Positions 29,989 through 39,746 of a stretch of DNA of 64,000 bases are shown piece by piece. Both the position numbers and the translations under genes were made by a program. The notes under the pieces are model-generated. The model was given only the letters and a program-made list of their open reading frames with translations, made no database searches and was not told the origin of the DNA. Numbering within the stretch: the first letter of the stretch is position 1; each line of letters opens with the position of its first letter. Where the stretch lies: the NCBI GenBank assembly GCA_963828735.1, contig CAWHFW010000002.1, forward strand, positions 928,001 through 992,000, written 5' to 3'. This DNA is from an uncultured Gemmatimonadales bacterium. GTDB taxonomy: Bacteria > Gemmatimonadota > Gemmatimonadetes > Gemmatimonadales > GWC2-71-9.

Positions 29989-30799
29989 GGTTGCAGCCCG
30001 GAGCCGTTGGGTGGCTCTACAGTGAGGGGCGGCAAGTCAATGGCAGCTTCCCGCCACTCTACGCACGGAGCGGGTCGCAATACGTCGATTGTCGGACCTG
30101 CTCGATAGCCCACCGGCGGTGGACTACCACCTAGACTGTCGTTGGAGAAGCCCACCCCGCTAGGTCACCAATCACAAACTGCCGATGCCACACCGCTCGA
30201 TCACTCTCTATGCGACCGGGTCCGGTGAAAGAGTAGTTGCCGATGGGGACCGATTCAGATAACCGAAAGCGTCCTCGTGGTCCGGCGCACGCGTGAGCTC
30301 CCGTGCTCCCTTCTCGGTGTACGCTACCGCACCAATCTTAGGGTCCGGTTGTGGCCCCTTTGCTCCGATGGTGGACAATCGGACGCCGAGATCTCCAAGG
30401 GCGTGATTAGCGTTGGGTTCCTGAGCTGTCCCCCCCCTTGTTAATGGTACCGCCCTTTGAGGTCACCGGCTGTCCCTAATCGGGGCGCGTCTGTTCGGCA
30501 CCCTTGCCGAGCGTGGATTGCCCGGTGGAGTCCGTCATTTCCGACTCGGTCTGATTCGGGGCCGAATCGGATCGCACGGGTGCGGTGGAGTCCTGCGCCG
30601 CCCCGACTTCGTCGTTAGACTTGTTCCGCAGGCACGTCCCGCCCTGTCTTGCATTCCGGTGTCCCGAGTCGAGTATTTGGTGCCTGCGGCGCGCACGAGT
30701 TCCGGGCGTTCTGTCCTCCGCGACCACTCGCCCACTATCCCAATACGGCTCCCACAGTCCGCGCGTCGCTCTGGTCGCGACCTGAACAGGAGCTTTTCC

Positions 30800-31258
30800 A
30801 TGTCACCTGCTACCAGCACACCCACCACTGTGAAGATCTCCGGTGAAGCGGAGCTGCAATACGCCAAGCGGGAGGCCGTCGATGTGCCCGGCCAGGAGGG
30901 GCACATGCTCGCCCTCGGGGAGGTGCGCGGGACCAATAAGAACACCTCGGCCACGGACTATTTTGCCAACGCCCCGGTCGTGAACGCGGAGACCGCGGAC
31001 CTCACGCAGGGCACCGGGACCCATCAGGGCCACTACACGATGCGCAAGGGCGGTGACGAAGTGATCGCGGCGTGGCGCGGGAAGGTGACGACCGTGCTCG
31101 GGCCCAACAAGGAGCCGCGGACCTCGTTCAAAGGCACGTGGGAATACACCCTGGGCACAGGCGCCTATCGCGGCATCGAGGGCAGTGGGACCTACGAGGG
31201 CGAGTTCTTGGCGGAGGACCGCTACCTCGTTCGCTGGCAGGGGGAGTACCACAAGTAG
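30800..31258 (+). CDS. Hypothetical all-beta protein
   Basis: AGGAG RBS, high GC3 codon use, GTWEYTLGTGAYRGIEGSGTY motif. Confidence 0.75.
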   Translation: MSPATSTPTTVKISGEAELQYAKREAVDVPGQEGHMLALGEVRGTNKNTSATDYFANAPVVNAETADLTQGTGTHQGHYTMRKGGDEVIAAWRGKVTTVLGPNKEPRTSFKGTWEYTLGTGAYRGIEGSGTYEGEFLAEDRYLVRWQGEYHK

Positions 31259-31454
31259 GCGGCTGTTCGGGGGCGGACCCAGCTGGCTCGAGTGGCAGCC
31301 TCTCGCTATCGCGAAGGCACTCTGCCGCTGAGTACCGTCTCCTCATAAAGTTCCGCCTCGAAAGCATCCGCGCCGTAGATGGGCGGGGGGCAGGACTGCA
31401 CCAGGGCGGTGGGGCGTAGACGCTCTGTTGAGCCCCACGCCCTTAGTGTAGCCG

Positions 31455-31483
31455 GGTCGAGCGTTCGAGTCGCACCGGGCTCA
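31455..31483 (+). repeat. attR-like copy of the tRNA-Arg(CCG) 3' end
   Basis: GGTCGAGCGTTCGAGTCGCACCGGGCTCA versus tRNA GGTCGCGCGTTCGAGTCGCGCCGGGCCCA, 3 mismatches. Confidence 0.75.
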
Positions 31484-31801
31484 TACACTTAGCAGTTTCA
31501 GTCATCGTTCCGCTCGTCACTGCGTGCACACGATCACGAGCGATCGTCGCGCGATCCACGTGCGATCCACGACGAGCCACGCCCTCTTTCCGCTAGTCCA
31601 TCTTTCTCACGCCTCACCCCCGTTCGCACAGTCCCGGTTTTGCCCTGGCGGAGGATCGGGTCACTGACGTTCCGCCCGCGAGGCCCCCCTCGCCTCCGCC
31701 GGGAGATCAGAGCGCCCGGGAGCGTTTGCTCTTCCGCCAGTATCCGGGTAGCGTGCGGCGTCGCACCGATGCTGTCTCGCTCAACCGAAGGCGCTGTCCG
31801 C

Positions 31802-34102
31802 ATGCCGAAGCCGAGCCGTCCCCTCGCGTGGCTGGTCCTGTCCGTCTGGACAGGGCTCGGCATCGGCGCCGGGCTCGCGACGGGGCGGGCCATCGGCCGC
31901 CTGACTGGGCACGGTGGCGTCTCGGTCCACGCCGAGGCCCACCGGGCGGGCGCGGTGCTCCAGAGTGCGCTGGCGCGGCCGCTGAGCGACGTCTTCGCGG
32001 TGACGCTCGAGAGCCCTGAGCCGGTGACCGCGCCGGGTCCCGCCGCGGCGCTCGACAGCTTGGCCGCGACACTCCGCCGGATGCCCGCAGCGCGCGGCAT
32101 GGTGACGCCACGGGCCGGCTCGGGGCCGATTCGCGTCCCCCTGGTGAGCCGCGACGGCCGCGCAGCGGCGCTGCTGGTTGCCTTCGATCCGGCCAACACG
32201 CGGCTCGACACGCTGGTCGCCCCCATCCGGAGCGCGCTCCGGGCCACGCTGGCCCGGCTGCCCGACGGCGAGCGCTACCGGGTCCTGGTCACCGGTCGGG
32301 CCCCGCTCGATCGCGACGAGCGGCTGCTGGTCGCGAGTGACACCCGGCGCGGCGAGCTCCACGTCCTTCCGATCACCTTCCTCATCCTGGTCCTGGCCTT
32401 CGGTGCGCTCGGCGCGGCGCTGCTGCCGGTCGGCATCGGCGCGCTCGGCGTGCCGGTCGCGCTGGTCGTGTTGGGCCTGCTCGCACGGGTGACGCCCGTT
32501 TCAGTCGTCGCACTCACGATCGTGACGATGATCGGGCTCGGCGTCGGCATCGACTACTCGCTTCTGATGGTCACGCGCTTTCGAGAGGAGCTGGCGCGCT
32601 CGGGCGACGCGGGCAAGGCCACGGAGCGGATGCTGGCGACCGCGGGGCGGGCGGTGGTCACCTCGGGCGCCACCGTCGTCATCGGGTTCGCCGCCCTGCT
32701 GCTGACGCCGATGGTGGAGACCCGGAGCGTGGGCCTCGCGGGGATCGTGGTTGTGGCGGTGATGGTCCTGCTCGCCGTCACGCTGCTGCCGGCCGTGCTG
32801 ATGCTTCTCGGACGGAATGTGGACTGGCCCCGCTGGCTGGCCGCCAGGCTCGCCTGGTATCGGCAGCCGACGCTGTGGACGCGGTGGGCCAGCGCCATCG
32901 CACGGCGGCCGCTCACCGCCCTGCTCGCGGGCGCACTGGTCCTCGGTGCCGCCATCGCTCCCGTGTTCCATATGCGCGTGGGCCTTCCCGCGAACGACTG
33001 GTGGCCCAGGGCGACCGAGAGCGGCCAGGCCCTCTCGGTGCTCGAGCGCATCGGGGTCCGTGGCGTCGTGCAGCCGGTCCGCATCGTGGTGCAGGTCCCG
33101 CCCGGGGACCGCGTCACCTCCACGCTCCGCCTGCGCGGCCTGAAGGCGCTCAGCGACTCGCTCCGGCACGATCCGCGGATCGGCGGCGTGACCAGCCTGG
33201 TCGACCTCCGGCCGGGCACCGGCATCCTGCAATACTCCGTGCTCTACAGCGACCTGCCGGCGGCTCGCGCCGAGCACCGCGAGTTCCTCGACGCCTATCT
33301 CAGCCCCGACGCCCGCACCACCGTGGTCGACGCCATCGTGGCCGACACCACCTCGCTCACGACCACCATGGAGCTCGTGAGGCGGATCCGCGCGCTGCGC
33401 GACCGCATCGAGGTCGCGGACGGCATCCGCGGGCTCCGCGGGGCGCGGCTGCTCGTCGGCGGGTACGCGGCCGAGAACGTGGACTTCCAGCACGACCTGC
33501 TGCGGCGATTTCCGCTGCTGATCGCTCTCGTGCTGGGCACCACGGCGCTGATGCTGGGGGTGATCTTCCGGTCGCTGCTGATTCCGCTCAAGGCCATCCT
33601 GCTCAACTCGGCCTCGGTCGCGGCCACGTTCGGGATTCTGGTGCTCGCGTTCCAGGACGGCCACGGCGCGGGGCTGCTCGGCCTCGACGGGCCGGCGGCC
33701 GCGATCTACGTGGTGGTGCCGATCAGCGTCTTCGCGTCGGTGTTCGGGCTGAGCATGGACTACGAGGTCTTCCTGCTGGCGCGGATCAAGGAGGAGTACG
33801 ACAACCGGGGCGACAACACCGCGGCCACCGTCCACGGCCTCGCCGCCGTCGCCTCGACGATCACCTCGGCGGCGCTGATCATGGCCGTGGTGTTCGGCTA
33901 CTGGGCCTTCGGGCGCGTGCTGCTCACGCAGTTCATCGGCCTCGGCCTGGCGGTGGCCGTGGTACTCGACGCGACCCTGGTTCGCGTCCTGCTGGTGCCG
34001 GCGATCATGGGGCTGGCCGGACGCTGGAACTGGTGGCCGGGCGGCAGGCGAGCGGATGGCGCGGCCGTCGGCTACGCGGTGTCGCCGGACAGTGGATTTT
34101 GA
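31802..34102 (+). CDS. MMPL (RND superfamily) transporter
   Basis: GLGVGIDYSLLMVTRFREE, GLSMDYEVFLLARIKEEY and LDATLVR..WNWWP motifs. Confidence 0.92.
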   Translation: MPKPSRPLAWLVLSVWTGLGIGAGLATGRAIGRLTGHGGVSVHAEAHRAGAVLQSALARPLSDVFAVTLESPEPVTAPGPAAALDSLAATLRRMPAARGMVTPRAGSGPIRVPLVSRDGRAAALLVAFDPANTRLDTLVAPIRSALRATLARLPDGERYRVLVTGRAPLDRDERLLVASDTRRGELHVLPITFLILVLAFGALGAALLPVGIGALGVPVALVVLGLLARVTPVSVVALTIVTMIGLGVGIDYSLLMVTRFREELARSGDAGKATERMLATAGRAVVTSGATVVIGFAALLLTPMVETRSVGLAGIVVVAVMVLLAVTLLPAVLMLLGRNVDWPRWLAARLAWYRQPTLWTRWASAIARRPLTALLAGALVLGAAIAPVFHMRVGLPANDWWPRATESGQALSVLERIGVRGVVQPVRIVVQVPPGDRVTSTLRLRGLKALSDSLRHDPRIGGVTSLVDLRPGTGILQYSVLYSDLPAARAEHREFLDAYLSPDARTTVVDAIVADTTSLTTTMELVRRIRALRDRIEVADGIRGLRGARLLVGGYAAENVDFQHDLLRRFPLLIALVLGTTALMLGVIFRSLLIPLKAILLNSASVAATFGILVLAFQDGHGAGLLGLDGPAAAIYVVVPISVFASVFGLSMDYEVFLLARIKEEYDNRGDNTAATVHGLAAVASTITSAALIMAVVFGYWAFGRVLLTQFIGLGLAVAVVLDATLVRVLLVPAIMGLAGRWNWWPGGRRADGAAVGYAVSPDSGF

Positions 34103-34224
34103 AGAGGTTCGGCATCGGGGCGGCACTCGCGCTGCGCGCGAGGCGATTCATTGGTGACGGGTGGGCTGCCCCTGGGAAGGAGCGCGGCCCTAGGACGGGA
34201 TAACCAGGAGAGCTAGCTTGCGAC

Positions 34225-34461
34225 ATGCCGAATAATGCGAGTGATCCAAAGGCACTGACATACGGCGAGGTGCGGGCAGCTTTGAGCCGCCAAGCTGCGT
34301 TCGAGAGCCATCAGGAAGGGGTCGGGAAGTCTCCGTCTTACGTCCTCCACGTCAGGCCGCACAGTAGCCGCTATGAACCATTCACCCTGACTGGACCTGA
34401 TCCCACCGAACTGCTCCGCGAGGCACTAACGCACCTGGCGCACACTCAGGCGCCGCGGTAA
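34225..34461 (+). CDS. Small hypothetical protein
   Basis: 78-aa ORF with upstream AGGAGAG. No recognised motif. Confidence 0.35.
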   Translation: MPNNASDPKALTYGEVRAALSRQAAFESHQEGVGKSPSYVLHVRPHSSRYEPFTLTGPDPTELLREALTHLAHTQAPR

Positions 34462-34499
34462 CGCTCCGGGTAACAGACCCCACCAGCGCCAGCCAACAC

Positions 34500-34610
34500 C
34501 ATCCAGCGACCTGACTCGGTGGCGCGATGCGCTTAGGTGCGCGTAGATCCGCTTCACCATCTCGTCCGACTGATGGCCGAGCTCGCGCGGCAGAAAGACA
34601 ACTCGCAAGA
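34500..34610 (-). pseudogene. Tyrosine integrase C-terminal remnant
   Basis: RELGHQSDEMVKRIYAHL matches the box-II LGH..Y signature. No upstream integrase sequence. Confidence 0.6.
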
Positions 34611-34869
34611 ATGTCAGTGGCCCATTTCGGCTGACCGCCTCTTCTGCAGCGCACAATTCCGTGCCGTTGCTGGCGATCGCGCGCTCGCGAAGCCACTTTC
34701 AAGGCATTCTTCCCAAGGCCCGACGGTGACCAGCGTGACGGGCTCACCTTGGCCGCCCAGCGCGATCGCTAGAGGTTCGACTGCAAGCGTGGGCGTCGTT
34801 TGCGAGTCCCGGCTCGCAGTTTGGGAGGACTCTTCTCTTACGCTGGGTCAAATCGCCTTGGAGGCTCCG

Positions 34870-36873
34870 ATGCCGCTCCGCACCCGTCTCGGCGCTCTCG
34901 TGCTCGCCGCCGCCTCCCTGCTCTCGCTGATGTCCTGCAGCCGCGCCGTCAGTTCGAGTACAGTCGCCACAAGCTCGGCCCCGGAGCACCTCATCACAGA
35001 CACTCCGAAGAAGACCGTGGGGGGAGCCACTTTCGTCGCTCCCGCTGAGTGGATCTTTTCGGTACGCGGTCCTGCCACGATCCTCGCGGCGCCCGAGGGC
35101 GACTCGCACATCGCGCTCGTTGATGTGCGTGCCCCCAGCGCCGATTCGGCCGTGGCGCTCGCCTGGGCTTCATACAAGCCCGACCATAAGTGGCCGCTCA
35201 AGGTCGTCACACCTGCGCCCGACAAGGATGGCTGGGCCGAACGATACAGCTACACGTACCAGACCTCGCCCGACGAGAAGCGCAGCGTCGGCGCGTATCC
35301 GCAGCGTGGCCAGGACGGCTGGACGGTCGCCGTCTATGACGTGAGCGACGCGACGGGCGAAAAACGCCTCGCCGCGGTGGAGCTCATCTTCGACCGGCTC
35401 CTGCCCAAGGGCTTCGTCAGGGAGTCGTTTGCTGGAAGGAAGGCCGCAGTCCTCGACGCCGCGCGACTCGCGAAGCTCGCAAAGTTCACCGAGGACGCCA
35501 TGAAGGAGCTCCGCGTCCCGGGCGTGGCCGTTGGTATCGTCCAGGACGGCAAGGTGGTCTTCGCCGACGGATTCGGTGTTCGCGAGGTCGGCAAGCCGGA
35601 GAAGCCCGACGCGAACACGGTGTTCATGGTGGCATCCAACACCAAGGCGCTCACCACGCTGATGCTTGGCAAGCTCGTTGACGCGAACAAGTTCGGGTGG
35701 GAGACGCCCGTCACCTCGCTCCTCCCCTCGTTCAAGCTTGGCGACACCACCACCACCCGGCAGGTGCTCGTGAAGCACCTCATCTGTGCCTGCACCGGAC
35801 TCCCGCGGCAGGACCTCGAATGGCTGTTTGAATTCAAGGATGCCACCCCCGAATCCGCGCTCAGGACGCTCGGGACGATGCAGCCCACCAGCAAGTTCGG
35901 GGAGATGTTCCAGTACTCGAATCCGCTGGCCGCCGCGGCCGGCTACACTGGCGGCCACGTGGCCTTCCCCGACCTCGAGCTGGGCGCCGCCTATGACGAA
36001 GCCATGCGCACGCTCGTCTTTCAGCCGCTGGGCATGACCTCGACGACGTTCGACTACGCCAAGGCGCTCTCGGGCAATCACGCGTCACCGCACTCGCCCG
36101 ACATCGACGGCAAGACCAATGTCGCGGCAATGGACATCAACTACTCCATCATACCCCTGCGCCCCGCCGGCGCCGCGTGGAGCAACGTGCACGACATGCT
36201 CGAGTACGTCACCATGGAGCTCGCCGAGGGCAGGCTGCCTGACGGCACGCAGTACATCCGCAGAGAGCCCCTCCTCGCGCGCCGAGCACCGCAAGTGCCC
36301 ATCGGGAAGGAGGCAACGTATGGGATGGGTCTCATGGTGGACACCAAGTACGAAACACCCGTGGTGCACCACGGTGGCGACCTGGTCGGGTTCCACAGCG
36401 ACATGATGTGGCTGCCGGAGCACGGCGTGGGTGCCGTGGTGCTCACGAACGGTGACCCGGGCTGGATGCTTCGCACTGTCTTCCGGCGCAAGCTCCTGGA
36501 GGTCCTTTTCGACGGTCGGGACGAGGCGGACGCCGACGTGGCGTCGCAGGCGAAGAGCTTCTACGCTCAGCTCGCCGCTGACCGGAAGCTCCTCACCGTT
36601 CCGGCCGATACTGCCGAGGCATCGAAGCTCGCCGGGCACTTCCACAACGACGCCCTGGGCGACATCGACGTGCGCCGCGATGGCGGCCGAACCGTGTTCG
36701 ACTTCGGCGAGTTTCGGAGTGAGGTCGGGTCGCGGAAGAACCCGGACGGTTCGATCTCCTTCCTCACCCTCGACCCTGGTGTCCAGGGCTTTGAGTTCGT
36801 GGTGAGCGGGGGTTCTGGGCAGCGGCTAACGATTCGGGATGCGCAACACGAGTACATCTTCACCGGGTCGTGA
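34870..36873 (+). CDS. Serine hydrolase (class C beta-lactamase-related) lipoprotein
   Basis: F.VASNTK (SxxK), FQYSN, PLGM..T and HHGG motifs. Confidence 0.9.
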   Translation: MPLRTRLGALVLAAASLLSLMSCSRAVSSSTVATSSAPEHLITDTPKKTVGGATFVAPAEWIFSVRGPATILAAPEGDSHIALVDVRAPSADSAVALAWASYKPDHKWPLKVVTPAPDKDGWAERYSYTYQTSPDEKRSVGAYPQRGQDGWTVAVYDVSDATGEKRLAAVELIFDRLLPKGFVRESFAGRKAAVLDAARLAKLAKFTEDAMKELRVPGVAVGIVQDGKVVFADGFGVREVGKPEKPDANTVFMVASNTKALTTLMLGKLVDANKFGWETPVTSLLPSFKLGDTTTTRQVLVKHLICACTGLPRQDLEWLFEFKDATPESALRTLGTMQPTSKFGEMFQYSNPLAAAAGYTGGHVAFPDLELGAAYDEAMRTLVFQPLGMTSTTFDYAKALSGNHASPHSPDIDGKTNVAAMDINYSIIPLRPAGAAWSNVHDMLEYVTMELAEGRLPDGTQYIRREPLLARRAPQVPIGKEATYGMGLMVDTKYETPVVHHGGDLVGFHSDMMWLPEHGVGAVVLTNGDPGWMLRTVFRRKLLEVLFDGRDEADADVASQAKSFYAQLAADRKLLTVPADTAEASKLAGHFHNDALGDIDVRRDGGRTVFDFGEFRSEVGSRKNPDGSISFLTLDPGVQGFEFVVSGGSGQRLTIRDAQHEYIFTGS

Positions 36874-36888
36874 TGCGTGGAGAAAACC

Positions 36889-37272
36889 TCAGCGTCTTTG
36901 CATGAGGACCAACAGCGACACCGCCTCGAGCAGGGCGTCGGGACTGAATGGCTTCGGCAGGAAGGGACCCGGGTAGTCGGGGGCTGGCCCGCCCTGACCT
37001 GAGACGAGCAGGAGTGGCACTGCGGGCCACCGGTCCGCCAGGAGGGCCGCCAACTCAATGCCCGTCATCTCTGGCATGGCGATGTCGCTCACCACGAGCT
37101 GCACCGCGCCATCGAGCGCCGAGAGCAGGCTCACCGCCTCCGCCGCGCTGTGAGCCTCCAACACACGAAAACCCGCCTCCGCCAGGACACGGGCTGTGTA
37201 ACGACACACCATATCCTCGTCATCCACCACCAACACAACTCGCTCGGGAAGAGAACGAGCAGCGGTGCCCAT
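36889..37272 (-). CDS. Single-domain response regulator (receiver)
   Basis: VLVVDDED, VVSDIAMPEMTG and LPKPF motifs. Confidence 0.9.
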   Translation of the reverse strand: MGTAARSLPERVVLVVDDEDMVCRYTARVLAEAGFRVLEAHSAAEAVSLLSALDGAVQLVVSDIAMPEMTGIELAALLADRWPAVPLLLVSGQGGPAPDYPGPFLPKPFSPDALLEAVSLLVLMQRR

Positions 37273-37450
37273 CGGCGACGCCTCGGGATTGCGGGGATGT
37301 TCCCCAATTTACCGTTCCCGCCTCGACCCGCTAGACCGCCTGAACTGCCTTTGAACTCCTCCTTCCCGCGCCTACGCCTGGGGCCCGAGGGGTCCTTTCA
37401 TACTGAGCAATCCGGTCAGCTAGCCGCAGGGGGTGCGGGCCACCGTAGCT

Positions 37451-37882
37451 CTATCGCACCACGACCGGGAGCGGCAGCGGGTGCGGGGCCGGCCCGTTGA
37501 TTGTCCGCCACATATTGAGAATGAAAAGGTAGGCGCCCAAGGCGGAGAGTACGCCGCCGGCCGCGAGGGTGGGAATCGCTCCCATGCCGAGATGCGGCCG
37601 CAGACCGAAGCCGACGACCATCGTGGCCAGCCCCAGGTTCGCGAGGGCCCAGTGCAGGGCCGGGAGCTGGCGGTAGAACAGTGGATGGCCACTGAAGCGC
37701 GGCAGCACGTGGTAGGCGACGCCATAGATCATCATGGTCACGAACCCGAGCAGATTCATGTGGACGTGTGCGGGACGGTAGACGATCCAGGCCGGCTCGG
37801 CGGCCATCGCGACGCCGAGCGTCACTCCCAAGCCCAGCCACGCCAGGCTCGCCTTGATGAACGCGCGAACGAACCACTCCAC
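37451..37882 (-). CDS. Four-TM membrane protein resembling haem-copper oxidase subunit I / NnrS helices
   Basis: AHVHMNLLGF..G..YH..PRF motif. Confidence 0.75.
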   Translation of the reverse strand: MEWFVRAFIKASLAWLGLGVTLGVAMAAEPAWIVYRPAHVHMNLLGFVTMMIYGVAYHVLPRFSGHPLFYRQLPALHWALANLGLATMVVGFGLRPHLGMGAIPTLAAGGVLSALGAYLFILNMWRTINGPAPHPLPLPVVVR

Positions 37883-37892
37883 TCGGACCTCC

Positions 37893-38225
37893 TCAGCGGC
37901 TCGACGGCCGCGGGGCGATGACGGCCAGCACTCTCAGCTCCTCGACGGGTGCCCGCATCCCGTGGGGTTCCCGGGGTTCGTAAGCGATGACCGCGCCGGC
38001 GCTCACCTCACGCTCACCTTCGCTGCCGCTCACCACCCCGGACCCCGATAAGACGTAGAGGACGACCGTAGACGCCGAGGTGTGCGCCGGCACGGCCTGG
38101 CCCACGGCAATGCGGAAGACGACGAGCCTCGCGTCCGGCCCGTCGTGCATGAGCGCCATCGCCGGCCGGTCCGGATGCGCCGCGACCGCCGTTCCCGCGA
38201 CGGCCCCAGGATCGTAGACTCTCAC
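37893..38225 (-). CDS. Cupin domain protein
   Basis: GQAVPAHT..VLSGSG..PREPHGM. GTG at 38225 overlaps the upstream stop (GTGA). Confidence 0.85.
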   Translation of the reverse strand: MRVYDPGAVAGTAVAAHPDRPAMALMHDGPDARLVVFRIAVGQAVPAHTSASTVVLYVLSGSGVVSGSEGEREVSAGAVIAYEPREPHGMRAPVEELRVLAVIAPRPSSR

Positions 38226-38416
38226 CCGTCGTTCGTCCCCAACACCGGCTCGAGCACGGCACGCAGCTTCTCGGGCTTCAGGCCGACGGTGTCCGCGGCC
38301 TCGCGGAGCGTCACGGTCCCACCACAACAGGTGTCGATGCCCAGGCGATTGAAGGCTTCCCCGAGGTGCGGCGCGGCACGCAGAGCCTCATTCACCGTCC
38401 ACTGTAGCACGTCCAT
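38222..38416 (-). CDS. Stand-alone DUF542 (ScdA/YtfE N-terminal) domain protein
   Basis: F..LGIDTCCGG..TL.EAA motif. Confidence 0.85.
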   Translation of the reverse strand: MDVLQWTVNEALRAAPHLGEAFNRLGIDTCCGGTVTLREAADTVGLKPEKLRAVLEPVLGTNDG

Positions 38417-38494
38417 GTATCTCCGCCGGTAAGGCTGTTCGCGGAGATTAGCGTGCGGCCATGAAGCAGCCCCAAAGGATCAATGAGGATTTCT

Positions 38495-39547
38495 TCACCG
38501 GTTGGCGGGAGGTGCGAGGGCTCGGAGCACCCCCACCGCCCCTTTGGTGGCGTCCGCGAAAGCGTGGCTGACGAAGGGGTAGTCGCCGGGCTCGCGCAGG
38601 CGCACCTCGAAGATGGTACCTCCACCCACTGGGACGTCCACCGTTTGGACCCCGCGGAGAGGACTGGCACGCGACCCATCCTGAAGGACGCGCTCGAAGA
38701 TTCCGCCCACGACGTGAAACGACGAGATGCGGTTAGGGCCGGCGTTCACCACATAGAGGCGAACCAGCTCGCCGGGAGCGACCTCGAGCGGGTGCTCGGC
38801 GTACTGGGAAGCCCTGCCGTTGAAGACGACGTGGTCGGGGGCGAGCCCGAGCAGCTTACCCCAGTCCAGCGTATGCGCGCCGTCGGCACCGGGTTTCGGA
38901 GCGAAGTAGAACTCGCTCTGGACCAGGAAGAACTCCTTCGCCTTGGGCTCCGGCGTGGCCGGATCGACGATGAGGGCACCGTACATCCCGTTCGCGATGT
39001 GCATCGCCACCGGTGCCGTGCCGCAGTGATACAGGAAGGCGCCCGGGACGCGGGCCACGAAGCGATAGTGGAGCGAGTCGCCCGGCATCACGTTCACGTA
39101 GTACTTGCTGGGGGCGAGTTCGGCGGCGTGGAAGTCCATGCTGTGCGGAATATTCGCGTGGTTCACCACCGTGAAGTCGACCGTGTCGCCCTGTCCCACG
39201 TGAAGCGCGGGTCCCGGGACGCGGCCGCCGAACGTCCATGCAGCGTACGTCGCGCCCGGAGCGACGTTCAGGGTGACGTGTCGCATCTCGAGCCGGATAC
39301 GATGGAGACGGCTGCGCTCCCGAGGCGGCAGGCGGGCCTCGATAGGCGCCGGCGTCGCGCCGGGCCCGCCGACGGGCGCCTCGCCGTGGGAGACGTTCGC
39401 CGGCGGGATGCTTTCCGGCGCTTGGGACCCGGCAGCAGCATTCCCTTGGCGAGCGGTCGGAGCTGCGGCACCGGCGCGATCGTTCGACGACGGGCGGCAG
39501 GCCAGGACGAGCAGTCCCCACCCCACCAATCGCAGGTAACGTGGCAT
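38495..39547 (-). CDS. nirK: Copper-containing nitrite reductase (AniA/class II-like) lipoprotein
   Basis: HSMDFH, YHC..HIANGM, SSFHVVG and YPFVSH give type-1 and type-2 Cu ligands plus catalytic Asp/His. Lipobox VLAC. Confidence 0.85.
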   Translation of the reverse strand: MPRYLRLVGWGLLVLACRPSSNDRAGAAAPTARQGNAAAGSQAPESIPPANVSHGEAPVGGPGATPAPIEARLPPRERSRLHRIRLEMRHVTLNVAPGATYAAWTFGGRVPGPALHVGQGDTVDFTVVNHANIPHSMDFHAAELAPSKYYVNVMPGDSLHYRFVARVPGAFLYHCGTAPVAMHIANGMYGALIVDPATPEPKAKEFFLVQSEFYFAPKPGADGAHTLDWGKLLGLAPDHVVFNGRASQYAEHPLEVAPGELVRLYVVNAGPNRISSFHVVGGIFERVLQDGSRASPLRGVQTVDVPVGGGTIFEVRLREPGDYPFVSHAFADATKGAVGVLRALAPPANR

Positions 39548-39746
39548 TGGGTTCTCCGAATCGAGGCGTGGCGGCCAGAACATGGTACGGTATATGGCGC
39601 TGGATCGGATCGGGCACGCGCTTCCACGATGTCGGCCGGATCGTCGGGTCGACTAGGGGGCGCTCCGCTGTCTTGAGAGCCGGCTGAACCTCGTCGAGCA
39701 GGCCAAGCAGTGGGCTGGCTGGCAGCGGATGACGACGTGTCGATGC

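Larger units (their letters stand above)
23954..31483. mobile_element. Degenerate genomic island integrated at tRNA-Arg(CCG)
   Basis: Bounded by the tRNA 3' end (23925-23953) and a 26/29-identical direct copy at 31455-31483. Visibly more AT-rich than the core. No intact integrase inside. Confidence 0.6.

Noticed and set aside
34870..36873. Antibiotic-resistance beta-lactamase
   Set aside because: A large multi-domain serine hydrolase of the broad peptidase/esterase family. Nothing indicates a true AmpC.
38465..38490. FNR/NnrR box upstream of the DUF542 gene
   Set aside because: Only one TTGAT half-site is present.
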